Assembly (NCBI GenBank): GCA_029260965.1
Contig: JAJDCG010000002.1
Span: 1-58,522 of the forward strand
Source of the DNA: Candidatus Levyibacteriota bacterium
GTDB lineage: Bacteria > Patescibacteriota > Microgenomatia > Levybacterales > UBA12049
Length of the DNA: 58,522 nucleotides
Direction: 5' to 3'
This document shows positions 9,303 to 16,607 of the stretch, piece after piece. Under the pieces are notes generated by a model. It saw only the letters and a list, made by a program, of their open reading frames with translations, had not been told where the DNA came from and made no database searches. Position numbers and translations under genes: made by a program. Every line of letters begins with the position of its first letter. Position 1 is the stretch's first letter.

Positions 9303-9842
9303 ATGGTAATAGGTCCAAAAAAATTATTACAATTAGTTAAAAAGATAAAACTTGTTGAGAATTTGTCTGAGCGAGAGTTGACCAATCCAGAAGGAGCGGG
9401 ATTTGATCTGCGTCTTGGTGAGGTTTATAAAATATCAGGAAAAGCCTTTCTTGGTGTGACAGAAAGGCATACGGCTGAGGTCAGTCTTGTCAAAGCTTAT
9501 GATGAAAAAAGAGTACAAAAAGTAGTCATTAAACCTGGTGAATTTTACCTGATTAAAACACTTGAATCAGTTAACATGCCTGATAATTTGACAGCGAGCA
9601 TCACGCCTCGTTCCACTACTTATCGGTCAGGTCTTTATATCCGTACAGGTAACGTGCCGCCGGGATATTGCGGTGGACTTAATTTTGGATTAAAAAATGA
9701 AGGACCAGTTCCTGTCACAATTGAGCTGGGCGCGCGAGTAGTCCACATTCAATTTCATGAGGTCGCAGGCGGTGGCAATCTGTATCGTGGCCAATGGCAG
9801 GGCGGACGAGTAACTACTACGAAAAAAGAAAAGCAAGTGTAA
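9303..9842 (+). CDS. Trimeric dUTPase/dCTP deaminase superfamily protein (second paralog, atypical motifs)
   Basis: GFDLRLG, PRST, PPGYCG, ELGARV and YRGQWQG. Confidence 0.8.
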   Translation: MVIGPKKLLQLVKKIKLVENLSERELTNPEGAGFDLRLGEVYKISGKAFLGVTERHTAEVSLVKAYDEKRVQKVVIKPGEFYLIKTLESVNMPDNLTASITPRSTTYRSGLYIRTGNVPPGYCGGLNFGLKNEGPVPVTIELGARVVHIQFHEVAGGGNLYRGQWQGGRVTTTKKEKQV

Positions 9843-9921
9843 ATTGTTGAAAGAATTAAATGTTTTCGTATCCCTTGCCTTATAGAAACTCCTCCATCAT
9901 TGATAATAAAGGTGCCTTAGG

Positions 9922-9963
9922 TTACACAATTTTTTGAGACGATCGTCTTTAAAAATTGTGTAA
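9922..9963. repeat. Near-perfect 42-bp palindrome, copy 2 (REP-like)
   Basis: TTACACAATTTTTTGAGAC-GATC-GTCTTTAAAAATTGTGTAA. Confidence 0.9.
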
Positions 9964-10020
9964 AGAAAAGTTTATCTATTGATTTGTTTGGTTGGTTATT
10001 GGTAGTATTGGGTAAATATT

Positions 10021-10998
10021 ATGGCAGGTCAAAAACATCCAGAATATCAATATCTAGAGCTTTTGAAAGACATTCTCAAAAATGGCGTTGTAAATGTGGA
10101 TCGGGGGACTGGGGTCAAATCATACAGCGTTTTTGGCAGGCAGTCTAGGTATGATTTGTCTGAGAGCTTTCCTCTTCTTACCACCAAAAGAGTTTATTGG
10201 AATGGGGTCCTCAAAGAGCTTTATTGGTTCATGTCAGGGGATTCCAATATCAAATATCTAGTTGATAACAATGTTCATATCTGGGATGATTATCCCTACA
10301 AAATATATAGCAAAAAGCAAAAAGCAAAAAGCAAAAAGCTGACAAAAGAAGAGTTTATACAAAAAATCGCAAACGATAAAAAATTTGCCAAAAAGTGGGG
10401 CGAGTTGCCCAGAATTTATGGCGAGATGTGGAGGAGATGGCCGACTCGGAAAAAAGGCAAAACAGTTGATCAGCTAGGATGGTTGATCAAGGAGTTGCGT
10501 GATGATCCAGATGCCAGAAATGCGATAGTTAACAGCTGGAATCCTGAATATCTCTATACAATGGCTGATAAGAAAGATACATCTTATTTCCCAATTTGCC
10601 ACAATATGTATCAGGTAAGTGTCAAAGATGGTAAGTTATCATTGCACTTGTATCAGAGGAGTTGTGATATGTTTCTTGGCGTGCCGTTTAATATCGGCAG
10701 TTATTCGCTTTTGGCTGTGATTTTGGCAAAAATCTTGGGGTACAAGCCAGGTGAATTCATCCATACATATGGAGATGCACATATTTATGAAAATCACGTG
10801 GCACAAGTCAGGGAGCAGTTAAAGAGAAAGCCTCGTCCTTTTCCGAGGCTAAAACTTGGTAATTTTAAAAATCTTTCCGATTTCAGACCAGAGAAAGTTG
10901 AGCTAGTCGGCTACGAACCACACCCGACCATCAAGGCGGAGTTGACGGTCGCGGGGGGATATTTTGAAGGAAAGAAAAAATCAAAAAGTAAAAAATAA
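10021..10998 (+). CDS. thyA: Thymidylate synthase ThyA
   Basis: DRGTG, FPLLTTKR, catalytic PICH, YQRSCDMFLGVPFNI and GDAHIYENH. Confidence 0.98.
   Translation: MAGQKHPEYQYLELLKDILKNGVVNVDRGTGVKSYSVFGRQSRYDLSESFPLLTTKRVYWNGVLKELYWFMSGDSNIKYLVDNNVHIWDDYPYKIYSKKQKAKSKKLTKEEFIQKIANDKKFAKKWGELPRIYGEMWRRWPTRKKGKTVDQLGWLIKELRDDPDARNAIVNSWNPEYLYTMADKKDTSYFPICHNMYQVSVKDGKLSLHLYQRSCDMFLGVPFNIGSYSLLAVILAKILGYKPGEFIHTYGDAHIYENHVAQVREQLKRKPRPFPRLKLGNFKNLSDFRPEKVELVGYEPHPTIKAELTVAGGYFEGKKKSKSKK
10309..10339 (+). repeat. In-frame (AGCAAAA)x4 heptamer repeat inside thyA
   Basis: Four perfect copies plus AGC, encoding SKKQKAKSKK. Confidence 0.9.
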
Positions 10999-11070
10999 AA
11001 TCCCATTCTCCTCATTTTCAATTTTTAAAAAACGGAAAAAACATAAAAACAAAACATCCTAATTACCTCG

Positions 11071-11102
11071 CTATGTTTCCATGTATTGATACATGGAAAC
11101 AT
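11071..11102. promoter_or_regulatory. 32-bp palindromic operator-like element, copy 1, overlapping a sigma70 promoter
   Basis: CT-ATGTTTCCATGTAT-TG-ATACATGGAAACAT has perfect 14-bp arms. The central TTGATA (11086-11091) lies N17 from TAGGAT (11109-11114), which has a TG extension. Confidence 0.85.
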
Positions 11103-11136
11103 GTGTGGTAGGATGGTTTTATAGTTTAATTTTATT

Positions 11137-11526
11137 ATGGGAAAGCCGAGAGAAGAGGTCAAAAATAGAGAGTATTATAAAGATATACATTTTCTTTATG
11201 AAATTTTGGGCACACTCAAAGATGTTGATGAGGTAAAGCTTTTTATCAAAGATATGCTCACAACATCTGAGCTTCGTATGCTCAAAAGGCGTTGGCATAT
11301 AGCAAATTTGCTAGATGAGGGACATGATATGAGAAGTGTTGCTAGGAAGGCAAAAGCAAGTACCCAGACAGTTGCAAAAATAAAAAAGATTATAGAGGAA
11401 GGATATGGAGGTTTGAGATTGGCGATAAACAGGGTAGATGAGAGAATAAAAAAAGAACATAAAGAATATGTAAAATCAAAAACCCCAAGAGGAGGTTCAC
11501 TTTTTGTAAAAAACTGGTTTAAATAA
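11137..11526 (+). CDS. TrpR-like (YerC/YecD family) helix-turn-helix repressor
   Basis: FIKDMLTTSELRMLKRRWHIANLL followed by an HTH (MRSVARKAKASTQTVAKI) and GYGG, the YerC/YecD pattern. Confidence 0.88.
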   Translation: MGKPREEVKNREYYKDIHFLYEILGTLKDVDEVKLFIKDMLTTSELRMLKRRWHIANLLDEGHDMRSVARKAKASTQTVAKIKKIIEEGYGGLRLAINRVDERIKKEHKEYVKSKTPRGGSLFVKNWFK

Positions 11527-11559
11527 CTATGTTTCCATGTATTGATACATGGAAACATA
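11527..11559. repeat. 32-bp palindromic element, copy 2 (identical direct repeat), abutting the stop codon
   Basis: CTATGTTTCCATGTATTGATACATGGAAACAT, identical to 11071-11102. Confidence 0.95.
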
Positions 11560-11592
11560 AGGAGGGATTGTATGAGGGGTTTTGGATAATCA

Positions 11593-11743
11593 GGAATTAG
11601 GAACTTGGGATTAGGAACTTGGGATTGGGGATTCAGAATTAAGGATTTAAACTATGAATTAAGTACTAGATGCCGAGAAGATCAAGAAGATCAAAGAGAT
11701 GCAGGATATTAAAAATATTAGGTAAATTACTAAGAATAGTAGA
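11593..11743 (+). repeat. Mosaic of degenerate 7-mer then 9-mer tandem repeats upstream of folA
   Basis: GGAATTA GGAACTT GGGATTA GGAACTT GGGATTG GGGATTC AGAATTA..., then GCCGAGAAG ATCAAGAAG ATCAAAGAG ATGCAGGAT ATTAAAAAT ATTAGGTAA ATTACTAAG. Confidence 0.8.
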
Positions 11744-11765
11744 TAATAAAAATAGATTTGAATAT

Positions 11766-12263
11766 ATGAGTAATAAAAAAAGGATTTCAATAGTCGTGGC
11801 GATTGATGAGAAAAGGGGGATTGGGAAAAATAATGATCTTCTTTTTAAAATTCCTGAGGATTTTAAACGAATGAAGGAGCTGACTACTGATCATCCTGTT
11901 GTGATGGGGAGAAAAACTTTTGAGTCAATTGGACGAGTGTTGCCAGATCGCACGAATGTCATCATCACTCGTGATCCCAAATATAAAATATCTGGTGCAG
12001 TTGTGGTGGCCTCGCTTGAGGAGGGTCTGGAAATAGCCGAGAGAAGTGAGGGAGCGGATGAAATAATTGTCTTTGGTGGAGGGCAGATTTTCAAAGAAGC
12101 GCTTGATAAAGATCTGATTGATCGTTTGTACCTCACAATAGTTGAAGGGGATTATGGTGCTGATGTATTTTTTCCTGATTATTCGCAGTTTAATAAGGTG
12201 ATTGAAGAAGTTGATCGTGAAGCAGATGGATACAAGTACAAATTCCTGACACTTGAAAAATAA
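11766..12263 (+). CDS. folA: Dihydrofolate reductase
   Basis: IVVAIDEKRGIG, VVMGRKTFESIGRVLPDRTN, FGGGQI and LYLTIVEG. The extension to 11670 is translated repeat DNA. Confidence 0.96.
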   Translation: MSNKKRISIVVAIDEKRGIGKNNDLLFKIPEDFKRMKELTTDHPVVMGRKTFESIGRVLPDRTNVIITRDPKYKISGAVVVASLEEGLEIAERSEGADEIIVFGGGQIFKEALDKDLIDRLYLTIVEGDYGADVFFPDYSQFNKVIEEVDREADGYKYKFLTLEK

Positions 12264-12266
12264 AGG

Positions 12267-12295
12267 TTGCAAATGCGGGAAAAAGTTTGTATATT
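12267..12295 (+). promoter_or_regulatory. sigma70-type promoter of glyA (leaderless geometry)
   Basis: TTGCAA-N17-TATATT, ending 6 nt before GTG 12302. Confidence 0.7.
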
Positions 12296-12301
12296 AAGAA
12301 C

Positions 12302-13621
12302 GTGCAAAACCTCAAAAAAACAGATTCAGAGATTTATAACCTCATCAAACAGGAAGAGCAAAGACAAAAAGACGTACTTGAGATGATCCCATCGGAAAAC
12401 TACACTTCACAAGCTGTGATGGAAGCACTTGGTACTGTTTTGACCAATAAATACTCAGAGGGGTTTCCCAAAAAAAGATATTATCAGGGAAATGCAGTTG
12501 CAGATAGTGTTGAGATGCTTGCTCAAGAGAGAGCTCAGAAGCTTTTTGGTGTGCCGTATGCAAACGTGCAACCTTATTCAGGAAGTCCTGCCAATGCTGC
12601 TATTTACTTCGCGCTTTTGAAGCCTGGAGACAAGATAATGGGCATGTCGCTTTCTTTTGGCGGGCATCTGACACATGGAGCAAAACTCAATATGTCCAGC
12701 ACTTTTTATAAAGCAATTCCATATACGCTGGGGAAGGATGGTTTGCTTGATTATGACGCGATTGAGAAGCAGGCAGTGAAAGAAAAGCCTCAGATCATAG
12801 TGGCAGGGTTTACGGCATATCCCAGAAAAATCGATTTTAAAAGATTTGCGCAAATTGCAGAAAAGGTGGGTGCCTATCTGTTGGCTGATATATCACACAT
12901 CACAGGCTTGGTAGTTGCTGGAGAGCATGAGTCTCCTGTGAAATACGCTGATGTAGTGATGACAACAACTCATAAAACACTAAGGGGTCCAAGAGGTGCG
13001 ATGATAATGGTAACTGACAAGGGTTTGAAGCGTAATCCTGACATGCCTCTAGATATTGAACGGGCAATAATTCCTGGTCTTCAGGGAGGACCGCATGATA
13101 ATCAGACAGCAGCGATTGCTGTTTGTTTACTTGAAGCAAGCATGCCCTCATTCAAAAAATATGGAGCCCAGATTGTCAAAAACACTAAAGCTTTAGCCTC
13201 AGAGTTGACGCGTCTTGGTTTTGATCTTGTTAGTGGGGGATCTGATAACCACTTGATTTTGATTGATTTACGAAGCAAAAAAGTTAATGGCGCGCCAGCA
13301 GCACTCGCTCTTGAAATGGCAGGGATAGTTCTCAATAAAAACGGTGTGCCTTTTGATACAAATCCGCCTTTTTATCCCTCTGGAATACGACTTGGAACAC
13401 CTGCTATTACAACTCGAGGGATGAAAGAAAAAGATATGAAAAAAGTGGCAGACTGGATGGCGCGTGCAATTGATGAGGTGGCAGGTGAGGATCTGCCAAG
13501 TGACAAGGAAAAAAGACGCGAGATTTGGAAAAAGATGAAGAAAGAAATAATAGCCAACAAGAAATTGAAATTAATCGCAAAAGAAGTGAAGATGTTTTGT
13601 TCTAAATTCCCCGTGCCCTAG
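12302..13621 (+). CDS. glyA: Serine hydroxymethyltransferase
   Basis: SENYTS, NKYSEG, GGHLTHG, PLP-lysine motif TTTHKTLRGPRG and SGIRLGT. GTG 12302 is preferred over TTG 12287 because the latter overlaps the -10 box. Confidence 0.97.
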   Translation: MQNLKKTDSEIYNLIKQEEQRQKDVLEMIPSENYTSQAVMEALGTVLTNKYSEGFPKKRYYQGNAVADSVEMLAQERAQKLFGVPYANVQPYSGSPANAAIYFALLKPGDKIMGMSLSFGGHLTHGAKLNMSSTFYKAIPYTLGKDGLLDYDAIEKQAVKEKPQIIVAGFTAYPRKIDFKRFAQIAEKVGAYLLADISHITGLVVAGEHESPVKYADVVMTTTHKTLRGPRGAMIMVTDKGLKRNPDMPLDIERAIIPGLQGGPHDNQTAAIAVCLLEASMPSFKKYGAQIVKNTKALASELTRLGFDLVSGGSDNHLILIDLRSKKVNGAPAALALEMAGIVLNKNGVPFDTNPPFYPSGIRLGTPAITTRGMKEKDMKKVADWMARAIDEVAGEDLPSDKEKRREIWKKMKKEIIANKKLKLIAKEVKMFCSKFPVP

Positions 13622-14610
13622 GGAGCAGTAGGGGTGCCGCAGATGTTTTCGAAAATTCCGTTTAGAATTGGTGTTAGATTATTTCCATCCACACTATTTG
13701 CAAAGTATTTATCATCAGGGTCTGAAGAGGTATCTTTTAAAAGTAGCAACAGGTCAGTTTCAAATGCTTTATCTTTTGAGCTTGTAATGGCTATAGAGTA
13801 AATATCAATTCCTAGATCTTTTATTTCCTGAGGAATATTGGTTGGTACGCGCGGATCCTGTATTTTTGCAAAACATCTACTACCTGAGCGAGTTATGCAT
13901 TCACCAGGGTTTGACGTCTCTGGTACGCCATCAGAGAGGAAAACTAAATTGAATTTATAGTTAGAAAATCTAGGATCAGCTTTCGCTTTTTCAAGATCAC
14001 CCTTTACAGCCTGAAAAGCAGATCGTGTGTGTGTGAATCCATTTGGTCTGATGTTGCTGACTACTGATTTTGCTTTATCTCCAACGGTTTTGAAGAGATC
14101 CATTGTCACATCATTTCTTTGATTGTTATTAAATGTCCTTATCCCAACAAGGGAGGTGTCTGACATTTTGTTCAAGAATGAAGTAAGAGCAGATTTTTCT
14201 TTTGCGATTTTTGAAAAACCTTTACTATCATTTTCCCTCATAGATCCTGAAACATCTATCAGGAATTGGATTGCAATTGTTGCCTCACAGGTTTCGATCA
14301 AATCAAAAGTGTAAAGTTGTAAGTTGTTTTTGCCGTCTTTTTTGGGGAAGACAAACTCTTGCTTGGATTTTGTATTTAGGCCACCTGTAGAATTTATGAC
14401 CTTTAGTCTTTCAGGATCCTCGACCCTCTTGCCGGTTACAGGATCAAAAATATATTTTGAGCTCTCAGCATCGGGTCCTGAGGGATATGTGTCATGGGGT
14501 AGAAATCCCCCTGTCATATTAAATGCTAAAAGGGCGAGTAGAATGAGAAGGAAAATTATATAGAGATAGTGCATCCCTACGTTATTTTTCCATGGAGCAA
14601 TAGATGCCAT
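13618..14610 (-). CDS. Membrane-anchored von Willebrand factor A domain protein
   Basis: N-terminal TM helix, MIDAS motif DVSGS, GFTHT and LVFLSDG. Confidence 0.85.
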   Translation of the reverse strand: MASIAPWKNNVGMHYLYIIFLLILLALLAFNMTGGFLPHDTYPSGPDAESSKYIFDPVTGKRVEDPERLKVINSTGGLNTKSKQEFVFPKKDGKNNLQLYTFDLIETCEATIAIQFLIDVSGSMRENDSKGFSKIAKEKSALTSFLNKMSDTSLVGIRTFNNNQRNDVTMDLFKTVGDKAKSVVSNIRPNGFTHTRSAFQAVKGDLEKAKADPRFSNYKFNLVFLSDGVPETSNPGECITRSGSRCFAKIQDPRVPTNIPQEIKDLGIDIYSIAITSSKDKAFETDLLLLLKDTSSDPDDKYFANSVDGNNLTPILNGIFENICGTPTAP

Positions 14611-14648
14611 ACTTATATCATGCTAAAAATGATATTATTTTGCAACCA

Positions 14649-14677
14649 TTGCAACATGGGTCTGTTTTTTGTATAAT
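14649..14677 (+). promoter_or_regulatory. sigma70-type promoter of rpsB-tsf-frr
   Basis: TTGCAA-N17-TATAAT, followed by a ~65-nt structured leader. Confidence 0.8.
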
Positions 14678-14750
14678 ATACCAATCTTTGCACATCTGAG
14701 TTTATTCCCTGTGTTTAAACACATTTTCAGATGGAAGTTAAAGGGGATTT

Positions 14751-15521
14751 ATGAAAAGTATTACACTTGAACAATTATTAGAGGCAGGTTGCCACTTCGG
14801 ACACCAAGTCCAGCGTGCAAATCCACAGGCAAAAGAATTTATATTTGAGGCACGTGATGGGATTCACATCATTGATCTTGAAAAGACAAAAGAGGGTCTT
14901 GAAGCTGCAGGTGAATTTGCGAAAAATCTTGCTAAAGACGGAAAAACACTCCTCATTCTAGGTACCAAAAAACAAGCTCAGGAAATAATCAAAGATGAAA
15001 TCAAGAAGCTCGATGATCAGGGTAATTTGTATTTTGTTTTCAGACGGTGGATAGGTGGAACTTTGACAAACTTTGAAGAAGTTGCCAAGAATTTCAAGAA
15101 GCTCAAAGACATAGTTGATAGACTTGCAGACAAAAATGCTCGTGCAATTTACACAAAAAAAGAACTGTCTGATTGGGATAAGGACAGGGTAAAACTTGAG
15201 ATGTTTTATGGTGGTATCAAAGACATGAAAAAAGTACCTGATGCGCTTTTTATAGTTGATACTAATCTTGAGAAAGTAGCTGCTGATGAAGCGCTCAAAA
15301 TGAATATCCCAACAATTGGTATTACTGATACTAACGCAGATCCAATGATCATCACCTATCCCATCCCAGCAAACGATGACGCAGTAGGATCTCTGAAGCT
15401 CGTGATCAGCTATATAATCGAATCATGGAGTGAAGGTCGGTCTGCAAAGCAGACTTCTGATGCAAAGAAAGAAAAAGCAGAGGAAAAAGCAAAAGCTAAA
15501 GAGGATGCAAAAGAGTCATAG
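14751..15521 (+). CDS. rpsB: 30S ribosomal protein uS2
   Basis: LLEAGCHFGHQ, RWIGGTLTN and DTNADP...IPANDDA. Confidence 0.98.
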   Translation: MKSITLEQLLEAGCHFGHQVQRANPQAKEFIFEARDGIHIIDLEKTKEGLEAAGEFAKNLAKDGKTLLILGTKKQAQEIIKDEIKKLDDQGNLYFVFRRWIGGTLTNFEEVAKNFKKLKDIVDRLADKNARAIYTKKELSDWDKDRVKLEMFYGGIKDMKKVPDALFIVDTNLEKVAADEALKMNIPTIGITDTNADPMIITYPIPANDDAVGSLKLVISYIIESWSEGRSAKQTSDAKKEKAEEKAKAKEDAKES

Positions 15522-15527
15522 GCATTT

Positions 15528-15983
15528 ATGGTAAAAGTAGACATAAAACAACTTAAAAAACTGAGAGATGAGACATCGGCGTCAATTGCTGACTGTAGAA
15601 AAGCACTTGAAGAGACAGGTGGTGACTACAAGAAAGCACTTGAGTGGATAAAAAAGAGAGGAATCGAAAAAGCTAGTAAAAAAGCTGATCGAGAGACATC
15701 CCAGGGAATTATTGATTCATACATTCATCAGGGTGGAAAAATTGGCGTGTTGGTTGAAATTGCCTGCGAAACAGATTTTGTTGCAAAAACTGATGAGTTT
15801 AAGAATCTATCACACGAAGTCGCTATGCAGATATCTGCTATGAATCCAAAAAGTGTTGATTCTCTCCTGAAGCAGGATTATATCCGAGACGGATCACAAA
15901 CCATAGAAGATTTGGTTAAGAGTGCGATAGGGAAATTGGGAGAAAATATAACAGTAAAACGTTTCGCGCGTTTTGAGATATAG
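15528..15983 (+). CDS. tsf: Elongation factor Ts (short single-subdomain form)
   Basis: LRDETSASIADCRKAL, ACETDFVAK and KLGENITVKRF. Follows rpsB. Confidence 0.97.
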   Translation: MVKVDIKQLKKLRDETSASIADCRKALEETGGDYKKALEWIKKRGIEKASKKADRETSQGIIDSYIHQGGKIGVLVEIACETDFVAKTDEFKNLSHEVAMQISAMNPKSVDSLLKQDYIRDGSQTIEDLVKSAIGKLGENITVKRFARFEI

Positions 15984-15990
15984 AGTTGAT

Positions 15991-16050
15991 AAATCAGCTA
16001 ATAAATCAATTGGATAATTAGGTGATTTACAATTTGCTGATTGGTTTATT
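15991..16050. repeat. Dispersed intergenic AATCA/TGATT repeat, copy b
   Basis: AAATCAGCTAATAAATCAATTGGATAATTAGGTGATTTACAATTTGCTGATT. It shares 18 of 19 nt with the core of copy a. Confidence 0.75.
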
Positions 16051-16055
16051 GTTTT

Positions 16056-16607
16056 ATGGATCAGATTGCCCAGGACTCACAGAAAAGAATAGATAAAATC
16101 CTCAATGTCGTAAAGACAGATCTTGATACTATCCGTACGGGGCGTGCCACACCAGCGCTTGTTGAAAATATAGTTATTTCCGCATATGAGGGCAGTGCTC
16201 AGCTGAAGGTAATGGAGTTGGCGACCGTTGCTGTAACTGATTCCCAGACAATAGTACTTACACCCTTTGATCCATCAGTTGCATCAGAGGTGGTGAAGGG
16301 AATAGAAGCTGCAAACGTTGGTTTTACACCTATTGTTGATGGAAATGTAATCCGTATTAGCATACCGTCTCTTTCTCAGGAGAGACGTGAGGAATTGATA
16401 AAAGCCATGAAACAAAAGCTTGAAAATGGAAAAATCATGGTGCGTCAAGCTAGGCACGAGGCAATGGAAAATATTAAAAAAGAATATGAGGGGCGAGAGG
16501 ATGATATAACGAGAGCAGAAAAAGAAATTCAGAAAATAGTAGATGAGACTATGGAAAAGATAGAGGAGTGGGGTCGCCAAAAAGAGGTAGAGCTTATGCA
16601 GATTTAG
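16056..16607 (+). CDS. frr: Ribosome recycling factor
   Basis: IRTGRATP, PSLSQERREEL and VRQARHEA. ATG at 16056. Confidence 0.97.
   Translation: MDQIAQDSQKRIDKILNVVKTDLDTIRTGRATPALVENIVISAYEGSAQLKVMELATVAVTDSQTIVLTPFDPSVASEVVKGIEAANVGFTPIVDGNVIRISIPSLSQERREELIKAMKQKLENGKIMVRQARHEAMENIKKEYEGREDDITRAEKEIQKIVDETMEKIEEWGRQKEVELMQI

Noticed and set aside
11071-11559. CRISPR array interpretation of the 32-bp repeats
   Set aside because: There are only two copies, separated by a 424-bp gene-containing interval, with no cas genes and no regular spacers.
11670-11765. N-terminal R/K-rich extension of FolA in the ORF track
   Set aside because: It is translated nonamer repeat DNA. DHFR homology starts at ATG 11766.
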